DNA from: Octopus sinensis
Taxonomy: Eukaryota
Direction: 5' to 3'
Assembly (NCBI RefSeq): GCF_006345805.1
Contig: NW_021836148.1
Span: forward strand, 99,128 to 163,127
DNA: 64,000 nucleotides
Shown piece by piece: positions 53,114 through 64,000 of this stretch. The stretch's first letter is position 1. Every line of letters begins with the position of its first letter. The notes beneath the pieces are model-generated. The model searched no databases, had not been told where the DNA came from, and was given only the letters and a program-made list of their open reading frames with translations. The position numbers were made by a program, and so were the translations under genes.

Positions 53114-53251
53114 CATTGAAAAATACCTTAGGAATGAGAGCCCAGTTTCGAAATTTCCTCAAGACACCTGATGAAGGCTGGAGGTATATCAGCCGAAATG
53201 GTGTGTTAACAACAAAAAAGATGAGGACTAATATCCGTCAAATGTAAATAA
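52846..53251. mobile_element. Inverted pair of ~150-bp hammerhead-bearing units around a (TAA)n spacer
   Basis: Arms at about 52846-52995 and 53100-53251. Motifs ACAC-CTGATGA-A-GGCTG...CAGCC-GAAA(CAT/TGG)T-GTGT at 52891-52934(-) and 53164-53206(+). Each differs from an inferred GAAACGTT. Confidence 0.8.
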
Positions 53252-54306
53252 CGAAAATGACTTAAGTTTAATAGTACATACAACATTTTATCTTGATTCA
53301 TTTCAGCTAACTTCCACTGTTTTTTAAACATGTGTACCATATACTGCAGCCTAGATGCATATATATGTATTTGTGTGCACTTTTTCATGCAAATGTATGT
53401 ATGTATGTATAATATGCATACATATATATGCATGTATATATATATATATATATACATTGTTAAAAATATTCCATACAAGTCGGGAGATATGTGAATGCAT
53501 ATATGCTTATGTATATGTGCATATGCATGCAATTTATATATACAAATAAACATTTACAGATACACACATACATATTGGTTTGTTTCCATAAATAAATAAC
53601 AAACCAAGGTAGTATACTTTTTCATTCATATTTAATTACCTATATCTGTAGACAACTGTTACAGTATATTTCCCCACATCAGTGCAAATTGCTGAATAAT
53701 TGATCATATTATTTTCAAACACTTTGAGGTTAAATGAAAATTGATAATTGTTTTCATTAAAACTGTGTTGTGTCGTTCTTAGAAAGATGGAGACTAGAGG
53801 AAAATGATAAAACTTAAAACAAACTATAAGAATGGTAAATGTCAAATGAACAATACAAAATTTTTTGCAGCAGAGTAATTTTTCACATCTAACGTTCAAA
53901 TCTCAGAAAATTGAAAAATACTTCCGCTTTAGTCCGATATATATTTATATATTTATTTATAAATTATAATGGTTATCGACAATTTTTTTTCGGCATATTT
54001 GGCATTAGAATTTTTCTTCTGCCCTTATCTTGTAAATTATGTATATATTTATTTAGTTCTAGCCACATTAACTAATTTATGCATATCTACTCGAAATGTA
54101 AGGTAGGCAACAACACCTGCTCCGTATATTTACCTCACAATTTATATTTATTAATTATCATCTAACCGCTATCTGTTTTGAGTACTTTTAAAATATAATG
54201 TAATTTATAGTGCAATTCATTGAATATGTAATACTTTCCACAAATGTTTGGACGCATCTGAAACAGCTGTCTGCATATAGAGGTCTATAAATATTTGAAA
54301 AACATA

Positions 54307-54713
54307 TTTGTTTCTTTACTGCCAACAAGGGGCTAAACATAGAGGGGACAAACAAAGAGATTAAGTCGATTAAATCGACCGCAGTGCGTAACTGGTACTT
54401 ATTTAATCGACCCCGAAAGAATGAAAAGCAAAGTCGACCTCGGCGGAATTTGAACTCAGAACGTAACGGCAGACAAAATACCTATTTCTTTACTACCCAC
54501 AAGGAGCTAAACACAGAGAGGACAAACAAGGACAGACAAACGGATTAAGTTGATTACATTGACCCCAGTGCGTAACTGGTACTTTATTTATCGACCCCGA
54601 AAGGATTAAGGGCAAAGTCGACCTTGGCAGAATTTGATCTCAGAACGTAACGGCAGACGAAATACCGCTAAGCATTTCGCCCGGCGCGCTAACGTTTCTG
54701 CCAGCTCACCGCC
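54307..54713 (-). mobile_element. SINE family A dimer flanked by a ~49-bp direct duplication
   Basis: Two A bodies and one head. CTGAAACAGCTGTCTGCA...TTTGAAAAA(C/T)ATA at 54258-54306 and 54713-54761. Confidence 0.88.
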
Positions 54714-55237
54714 TGAAACAGCTGTCTGCATTTAGAGGTCTGCAGATATTTGAAAAATATACTGCCTTGGGTTATTGTTTACTTGTAGAATTTTCGTGTG
54801 TGTGCGTGCGTTCTTAGCTTTTCTCTACTGCGGCGGCACAAGATGAATGAACTATGCCTTTATTGAAAATAAAAGAAATATCACATCACGAAAAATATCA
54901 AGTCGCTCTTATTCATCTTGCATTTTAATCGTGCACAATATATAAGATGCAGAATATTTAAATTGGTTGGAACCAAAGAAAAATTTGTCTGAAATGGAAA
55001 ATGTTTTTAAAAGTTTCACTAATATTTGGACGTCTGACTAACTTCTTTATGCCAATAGCTGGGAATATTAAGTATCATTCTTTCTTCATTCTTATACTCA
55101 TTAAAAACTAAGTGTTTCAGCTTTATCGTTTTACTCTCCCGCTGTCTGAAAATAATTGAAAATAATTATCAATCATCATCTAACCTTCTTCCGTCTTGAA
55201 CTATTTGAATATAATGTAATTGATTATTTAGTAATTG

Positions 55238-55275
55238 GCAGTGATGCACGACGACATTCTGAAACAGTTGTCTGC
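55238..55275 (+). ncRNA. Decayed hammerhead remnant
   Basis: GCA-GTGATGC...GAAAC-AGTT-GT-C^TGC. The related 3' half GAAACAGCTGTCTGCA occurs at 54260 and 54715. Confidence 0.4.
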
Positions 55276-55602
55276 AGATATAGATGATTAAATGTATATT
55301 GCTCTTTTGGATTAATATTTATTTACTGAGAGGATACATATATTCACACTCATACAGATACATACATACATACATACATACATACATACATACATGCATA
55401 TATACATACATACATACATACATACATACATACATACATACATACATACATACATACATACATACGTACGTACATAGATGCTGTGTGTGTGTGGAAGCAG
55501 TCTAAGAGTCCATAGGTCTGGAAAAAATATACTCATATACATTTGTGAGTAAAGTGGATATATTATTCGAAGTGTACAGTATTATATATCCATTACGGCC
55601 GA

Positions 55603-55683
55603 TCTTGCCAATTGGTTTCGCGTCAGAGGTTCAACGGAGAGTTAGGTAACAGTCCGATTATGTAACCCTGTGCTCTTCAGAGG
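55603..55683 (-). ncRNA. Hammerhead-like motif with long stem II insert, in repeat 55574-55725
   Basis: Minus strand: CT-CTGAAGA-GC[...]GC-GAAAC-CAATTG-GC-A^AG. Palindromic stem III, one substitution at the U before the cleavage site. Confidence 0.55.
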
Positions 55684-56127
55684 TAGGCGATATGAAATTA
55701 ATGATGACGACTGTTCTTTTTTGTTGAAAGTATACAGAGACAATACGGTTTGTGATTGCTGTAAAAAAAGATGATGAAACGAATCGATGAAACAAATTCT
55801 TGAATTTAACCAAAAAACAAAAGAAATAAAGCAGACTAAAAGGCTATGCATATAGTACCACTACACACATTCTATTTCCACAAGAACACTAACGTTAAAG
55901 ACACATACATTTGCCATAAACCCTTTTCTAGAAAACTCTCATTGACTTGCAACAAAACCGCCCCTTGAGTTGATGCTTTTCGTATCAGGGGTCATAACAT
56001 TTGACTTAATCCCCAGCTAGATTCGTTTCATCATCATTTTCACAACAACCACAAACCAGATGTGTCTTTTCACCACCAACAATAGAAATCAGTCGCCATA
56101 CTTAATTCCATAACAGCTATCTCTAAA

Positions 56128-56412
56128 GAGCGCATGGTTACATAATCGTGAGTTCGATTCCTGACGTCACGTTGTATCTTTGAGCAAGACACTTTATTTC
56201 CTGTTGCTCCAGTCCGCGCAGATGGTGAAAATGAATTGTACCTGTAATTCAAAGGGCCAGCCTTGTCACATTCTATGTCACGTTGTATCTCCCTGAGAAC
56301 TACGTACACGTGTCTGTGGAGTACTCAGCTACTTGCACGTTAATTTCACCAGGGGATTATTCCGTTGATCGTATCAACTGAAACACACGCCGTCATAACC
56401 AACGGAATGCCA
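56128..56412 (+). mobile_element. SINE family D (shortened head) with tail type X
   Basis: The D central domain TTGAGCAAGACACTTTATTTC is joined to the same tail as the SINE C at 28319. Confidence 0.82.
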
Positions 56413-56654
56413 TATATATATATGGAATTTTGTCAGTGAACAGGTCGAGGTCTCAAAGCGACGAAAATATTTTGGCAAATTAAATTCAAATGTTGAAGTG
56501 AATCAAACGGTTTTCTGTGTGTTTCTTAAACAGCTTATAAACACCTTCCACGCTCAATTGTTTTCGTTCCAACACACGATCTCAGATCAGGTCACTTGCT
56601 CTGCAAGTACATCTCCGTGATATGTATGTATGTATGTATGTATGTATATGTAAG

Positions 56655-56804
56655 TATTGATAGAAATTGTAAGACAACAAAAGAATGAAAGAGACCTCGA
56701 TATTATGTAAATAGAGGAATTTATCTGTAAATATAATGTGACAATTATTCAGTAGCCTGGCCCGATAACTGAAGAGATGTCGGCGTGGGTTTCCGCCCCG
56801 ACGT
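56655..56804. mobile_element. Rearranged (inverted) copy of the 11.9-kb hammerhead element
   Basis: 56655-56755 is the reverse complement of about 11948-12061. It is followed by plus-strand GATAACTGAAGAGATGTCGGCGTGGGTTTCCGCCCCGACGT, a partial hammerhead. Confidence 0.82.
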
Positions 56805-57336
56805 TATGCCTCCATTCATTTTCACACATGGTCTCAGACTCAACAGAGGCCTACATCAAGTGCCTGGAGGAGGTCGTGCTGCCCTGGGTCAAGAGGATGG
56901 CTGTTAGAAGACCCAATGTCTGGCAACAGGACTCTGCACCATGCCACACAAGCAGGAGAATCCAGTGATGACTGTCAGACAATTTCTGCGACTACTTCAC
57001 CTCTAACATCTGGCCAACTAACTCCCTAGACTGCAACTCCCTTTATTATTACATGTGGGGTGCAGTTGAGCGAGAGACCAACAAAACTCCTTGTAACATA
57101 CACTAAAGATGAACTGAAGGCAAGGATTATGGCAGCATTCACCAACTTAAACAAGGAGACCGCCCAGGAGAGTTGCGGGAGGTTTCGAAGTCATCTGGAG
57201 GCCGTGGTTGAAGCCAATGGCGATATTATTTCAAGATATTTTTATGTAATTTTGATAAATATATCTGTTAAAATGAGATGTCAGTGCTATTTTCATTTTT
57301 GCGTAATTTAGATGACAGCTTATTCATCGCACCCTG
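56805..57336 (+). mobile_element. maT/DD37D-type Tc1-mariner 3' remnant
   Basis: YIKCLEEVVLPW..WQQDSAPCHTSR..IWPTNSLDCNSLYYYMWG, with 37 codons between the D and the mutated third-D position. Ends CACCCTG|TA. Confidence 0.8.
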
Positions 57337-57338
57337 TA

Positions 57339-57382
<44 letters not shown>

Positions 57383-57383
57383 A

Positions 57384-57414
<31 letters not shown>

Positions 57415-57424
57415 CATACATACA

Positions 57425-57460
<36 letters not shown>

Positions 57461-58625
57461 TAGGAAAGGACTGAGAAGTTCAGTTACTTAGGCACTTTGG
57501 GTGACCAATCAGCAGACTGCAACCAAGAATCTGCAGCAAAATTTGGTGTAGCGAATTTAGCTCTGAGGTCACTCAATACAACACGGAGAAACTGCTCCCT
57601 GAGCAAATGCATCAAATGCGTTGTATGGCTGTGAATCAAGGAATCTTACGGTGGCTGACACCAAGTAACGAGAGTGGTGGCGTGCAAGATTACGAGCTAA
57701 AGTCGATGCTGGGGATCAGTTGGGCGGCTTGGAGAGCAAATGATTCGGAACAAAAGCAGTTGGTAAGTATCAGGTGGTGAAAACCTCAATATTTTGACAA
57801 CGTTATTAAGACACAGAATCTCTATGCCTACATCCGTTAAGTCTAGATGAATGGGAAATAAGCTTATGGCTAAGAGACGAAGACGTTAAGATAACATCAA
57901 GGACTAGATGTGGATGGCCCTAGTGGCACATGAGGCCAGAGTATATGGCAAGGAATCGTGATTGTGTCTATGTATTTCACTCTTCAATCTAGAGGAGGGG
58001 GATATTCTATTACTCTCCAAACCCCATAGACACTTCTCTACACTTTAAGAATAACAACTGAGACTGAACATACATCCGATGGAAATTTTCACTAAAAATG
58101 CAGGCATAGATACAGCATGGGAATCTTTAATAAACCGACAATTTCCCCGACATTTTTGTCATAAGAGACTAAGAAATATCAAAATAATCTAAATTTAGCT
58201 AAAATAATCATCTTATTAATCATCTTAATAAATAATCTAAATTTAGCTAAAATAATCATCAAGCAAAAACATATCCAAATCTCTGAAAAGGAACATAATC
58301 AAGATATTTGTAAAGCTTATCATTATATCTATATTACCAATACATCTATTAACCGCATGTATGTTATTTATATGCATAATGCTATGTATCGTTATCAGTG
58401 AGTTTTAGCTGGTTTGCGGTGAGCTGGTGGCAGCTGCCGTTGAAGAGACGCAGTACCTCAAAATCAAGGGATCTGCCAGCTCCGGTGCCCATAGCAGGTG
58501 ATTCCTGTCTACCAACGATATGAATATGCGTGCGGTTAATATATATATAGATCGCCATGTTGAATCGCTAGCTTCTGCACGCATTTTTTCTCTCCTTGTT
58601 TCTCTCCGTGTTTCTTTTCTGTGTA

Positions 58626-58663
58626 TCTTTCTGTTGAAGAGCGTAGACTCGAAACGTAAAAGA
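58626..58663 (+). ncRNA. Minimal hammerhead motif with variant core CUGUUGA, in repeat 58555-58762
   Basis: TCTTT-CTGTTGA-A-GAG cgtaga CTC-GAAAC-GT-A^AAAGA. Confidence 0.62.
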
Positions 58664-58789
58664 CTTGTTTTGTTTATATTCCTGAGCGCCATACTAATAC
58701 AATTGTTTGTTTGTACTCCACCTGCCTTCGTCTTTTGTTTATTTTCATAAAGCTTCCCGTTATATATATATGTGTGTGTGTGTTTGACA

Positions 58790-60360
58790 ATACGTTTTAC
58801 CGTCAAAAATCCGAAATTACTATGGGTACTAGGGCAGCACTAGTCATTGCGAACCTAACAATGGGCTACCTGGAGGTAATAATATACTAGGAATCTTTAT
58901 CTACCTTTGGAAACCACCTTTCCCAATACATAAAAGAGAATTGGAAAAGATTCCTAGACAACTGTTTTATACTCTGGAATAAAAACACAGATAAACTCCT
59001 AAAATTCAAAAGCCTATTGAACAGTGTCAACCCAAATATACATTTCACAATGGAATACAACCAAAAGGAGCTTCCATTCTTAGATATACTAATAAAAAAA
59101 ATAAACTTAAAAATAAAAACGGACATATGTTACAAAACCACTGACACCAAACAATATCTACTTTTTTATTCATTCCACCCAAGACACACTAAAACAAACA
59201 TCCCCTCAACCTTGCAAGAAGGATATGCACAATAGTGTCAGAACAAAATACCAGAAACATTAGACTACAAGAACTCAAAAGCACCCTAATTGACAGACGC
59301 TACCCAGTTCAACTCATAGAGGATGGAATCAGCCGTGCAACAGAAATCGACATAGAAACCTGAAGAAAAATTCAACACAGCAACACATCTTCCCCGAAAA
59401 TACTGCCGTACATATCCACATACAACCCCAGAAACAAAGAGCCTTCACCAACATCACCCAGAATTTACCCATGCTACATAAGGACCCCAAATTAAAGGAA
59501 AGTTTAAACATACATAAAATCATCAAAAGCTACAAACAACCTAAATCGCTAAAAGAAAGATACTCACAAAGGCAAAATTGTTTTCTGAAATAACGGATGC
59601 AAAAGCAAACAAATGTGGTAGATCAAACTGCGCAACATGCCCAAACCTTCTAGAAGGATCAGAATTCCTCTTCAAAGAGGGACAAAAATTCAAGATCAAA
59701 TCTAATTTTACTTGTGCTTCAGAAAACCTAATTTATGTCATAAGATGCTTAGGCTGCCACCAAAACTACATAGTGTCCACGGGATCATCGCTCAGATGCA
59801 GATGCACTCTGCATCGACAACAGATTGCATTCCCAGAATACAGAATGATACACTTTAGTGAACATATTGAGAAATGCGCAAAGCAGCTACTACCGCAATT
59901 TATAATCTTTTCATTCTATCAATGTGCTATTGTAACACCAGCACAAGTTAGATTAAAGAAGGAAACATTCTTCATTGAAAAATGTAAGTCAAATCTTAAC
60001 CATTTCTAGCATTTTTAAACAAGGAAACTCATCTCATTGAAAAAAATATAAAGAAAAACCTAACAACATTCTATTCCTTCTAAACTAATGTTTATTTAGT
60101 CATACCCAACATGTTTGATTATCTCCTTTATACCGGAATAAATCCCTCATTACCTTCCCCTGTCTCGAAGCCCATATTTCACAACATAGCGAAGACATGA
60201 CACGATGTAGGTAAAAAAATTTGAAAAGAAAATACGAAACCCATTATTTCTCCAAAAACTATGTTATTATACACAAAATTTTATGACATTTTTCTTACAT
60301 AACGACTTAAATATATTCTTTAACCTTATAACACAAGCCTTCTGCAGTTTTTTCACTCTT
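58790..60360 (+). mobile_element. Penelope-like element remnant (RT core to GIY-YIG; Neptune-like)
   Basis: TMGTRAA..IANLTMGYLE, WKRFLDNCFILW, NSVNPNIHFTME..LPFLDI, KCGRSNCATCP and NLIYVIRCLGCHQNYIVST. Frameshifted. Ends at the same point as the 13-kb copy. Confidence 0.92.
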
Positions 60361-60361
60361 T

Positions 60362-60429
<68 letters not shown>

Positions 60430-60463
60430 ATGTATGCATGTGTGTATATATGTATGTATGTAC

Positions 60464-60499
<36 letters not shown>

Positions 60500-60984
60500 A
60501 CTGTATAAATATGTTGCGTCAGCTTATGTCGCTATCAAGAAATCTAGAGTATATTGGATATTTAAATTACTTGCACGATTTATGAAGGATTAATTTAAGT
60601 ATATTTTTGTGTGTATATACTTATATAAATGAAATATATGTTCGTGTGTGCGCGCGCGCGTGCACACACGCATACATATTATATATACATAGGTAGATAT
60701 AAACATATAGGTATATGTGCATGAATGATTATCATCTGTTCACATTCCGTTCCGTTTGTGCCTGTATGCATACACATATATATCTGTGTGTACGGCTATT
60801 GTGATATTAAATCTCTTGTCACGTATTCACTATCTTTTTAGTTTATCAGATGACATTGTCAATTTACCTCTTTCATTCTGTTTATTGCGACGATTTCATT
60901 CGCTGAATTTATTTGTTCCGTCTGTCTATGTAAATTCTAACTGCAAATGAATGTCTTACTATATTACAATATATTAATGTCCTA

Positions 60985-61679
60985 AGTCGGTGAGCTGGCA
61001 GAGACGTTAGCACGCCGGGCGAAATGCGTAGCTGTATTTCGTCTGCCGTACGTTCTGCCGTTCTGAGTTCAATAAAAGTCGGCGAGCTGGCAGAACCGGG
61101 TGAAATGCGTAGCCGTATTTCGTCTGCCGTTACGTTCTGAGTTCAAATTCCACCGAGGTCGACTTTGCCTTTCATCCTTTCGAGATCGATAAATTAAGTA
61201 CCAGTTACGCACTGAGGTCGAAATAGTCGACTTAATCCGTTTGTCTGCCCTTGTTTGTCCCCTCTGTGTTTAGCCCCTTGTGGGTAGTAAAGAAATAGGT
61301 ATTTTGTCTGTCTTTACGTTCTGAGTTCGAATTCCGCCGAGCTCGACTTTGCCTTTCATCCTTCTGGGGTCGATAAATTGAGTGCCAGTTACGCACTGGG
61401 GTCGGTATAATCAACTTGATCTCTTTGTCTGTCCTTGTTTGTCCCCTCTGCCTGTAGCTCCTAGTGGACAGTAAAGAAATCAGAAACGTTAGCACGATGG
61501 GCGAAATGCTCAGCGGTATTTTGTATGTCTTTCGGTTGTGAGTTCGAATTCCGCAGAGGTCGACTTTATCTTTCATCCTTTCGGGATCGATAAATTGAGT
61601 GCCAGTTGCGCACCGGGATCGATGTCATCGACATAATCCCTTTATCTGTCCTTGTTTGTCTCCTCTACGTTTAGCCCCC

Positions 61680-61698
<19 letters not shown>
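60985..61698 (+). mobile_element. Multimeric SINE family A array bounded by one TSD
   Basis: About 4 units. AATATATTAATG(T/C)CCTA at 60968-60984 and 61699-61715. Confidence 0.9.
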
Positions 61699-62311
<613 letters not shown>

Positions 62312-62319
62312 TACATACA

Positions 62320-62439
<120 letters not shown>

Positions 62440-62583
62440 CATATATATATATACATATATACCTATACATATATATATACATATATACTACATATATATG
62501 TATATACATATATATATATATATGTATATACATATATATGTATATACATATATATATATATATAATATATATACATATATATG

Positions 62584-62621
<38 letters not shown>

Positions 62622-62706
62622 CATATATACATACATATATATATACATATATATATATATTCATACATATATATATACACACACACACACACACACCTAC
62701 ATATAC

Positions 62707-62758
<52 letters not shown>

Positions 62759-62779
62759 GATCATGTATGTATATATGTA

Positions 62780-63090
62780 CGAGGAAGAATAAAAAAATTA
62801 TACACTCTTGTTTTTTCAATGTATTTACACAAAAGCAAGGGATAAACAAGTATGTCATTTTTCTATATAGTCTCCTTGTTTTTCGACGCACCTGGTCTAG
62901 CGGTTCACAAGCTTGCATATTCCCTCCAAAGAGGAAGGTCTTTCGGTTGGTCATTCAACCATTTATGCACCGCTTCCTGCACATCATCCGTAAGAAGTCG
63001 GCGACCTCGTAAACCATCTTTGAGCGGTCCAAATATATCATAGTCGGAAGGGACGAAATCTGGGTTGTAGGCAGGGTGTTCTAGCACCTA
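62780..63090 (-). mobile_element. Mariner 3' fragment
   Basis: LEHPAYNPDFVPSDYDIFGPLKDGLRGRR, with terminus TA|CGAGG. Confidence 0.85.
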
Positions 63091-63203
63091 TAAACCAAGA
63101 CCGGATTTAAATCATGGTGAGGGGCCCGGGGCACTTCAAGTTTGGTGGGCCCCTTATGAGGAAATTAACAAAGTTAAATCTCGAAACCCATCTAGTTCAT
63201 GTA

Positions 63204-63679
63204 CCGTAAATCCTCGAGTATAATCCGCATTTTTATCCCAAAATTTAAAGGTCAAAATCCCTAGTGCGTACTATATACGAGGTTAAAAATGAAAATTATT
63301 TTCTAAGTAATGTCCGGCAATGTTTATTCAGATGCATTTTGTGATGTTGGGTGCAAAAATACCTTAAGCTAAGCCTGAAAGCAATGAAGTCATAAAAAAA
63401 TCATCCATAACTTGCAGTAAGCAACATTTATTAAACGTTATTACTGTTATTTCTTTATTTTCTGAAAACAAAATGCACAAAAATGCTACACGTTTGCATT
63501 ATGTTATATATACAATAATAATAAAGGACGTTATCGTATACATTTTTACAAACCAAGAACGTTATATAGACCTCCTTGACTCAAGTTAGAGAAGGGGTGC
63601 GTATTATACACAAGGTTTAGGTTTTTCAGAGGTACAGCCCCCTAAAAATCCCCTGCGTACTATATTCGAGGATTTACGG
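63204..63679. mobile_element. Tc1/pogo-superfamily MITE
   Basis: TIRs CCGTAAATCCTCGAGTATAATCCGCA / TGCGTACTATATTCGAGGATTTACGG with TA duplication. Confidence 0.88.
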
Positions 63680-64000
63680 TAATTGAATTCGATGAATTAG
63701 CAGAGAAAGTTTAAATAATGACTGAAGATGTCGCTTTTAGGTACACTTTCAAAATTCAAATTTCGTTTTTCACACATCCACTTGCAATATGTGACTTTTC
63801 TTTCATTGTGAAAAGTACAAAGAAGTGGGGAAGAAGGGGTAAGTTTTTTTTTTCCCCCTTTTAATGCGAGCTGCAAATGTTTCAGAATGTGGAATAAGAT
63901 AGCATGACAGAAAATTTCGAAAAAGAAAAGAAATAATTTTTGTGGTTGTTGCTGTTCCAAACACATGATGTGTGTGTGTGTGTGTGTTTGTGTGTGTGTG

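Overview
AT-rich eukaryotic DNA, dense in microsatellites and almost entirely repeat-derived. The SINE repertoire and composition suggest a coleoid cephalopod such as Octopus (inference from memory, not a database hit). I found no convincing host protein-coding gene, and most ORF-track entries are translated microsatellites. Retroelements: about 25 SINE/short-retroposon copies in five families (my labels A-E), and LINE remnants of the CR1/L2, RTE and R4/Dong types, including one CR1-type copy with an uninterrupted RT frame. There are also Penelope-like (RT + GIY-YIG) remnants. DNA transposons: a full-length irritans-type mariner, Tc1, maT/DD37D and mariner relics, two non-autonomous Helitrons, pogo- and hAT-like MITEs, and a Merlin-like MITE family carrying TTAGGG repeats, one copy of which moved as a palindromic dimer. 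The most striking signal, invisible to the ORF track, is about 14 type I hammerhead-ribozyme motifs from roughly nine unrelated short element families. Many lie beside (TA)n tracts, several are in inverted or palindromic arrangements, many have a self-complementary stem III, and some have non-canonical cores. Other notable structures are SINE multimers bounded by a single TSD, SINE head/tail module shuffling, and a recent template-switch inverted duplication. All structures were read by eye; none was computed or tested.
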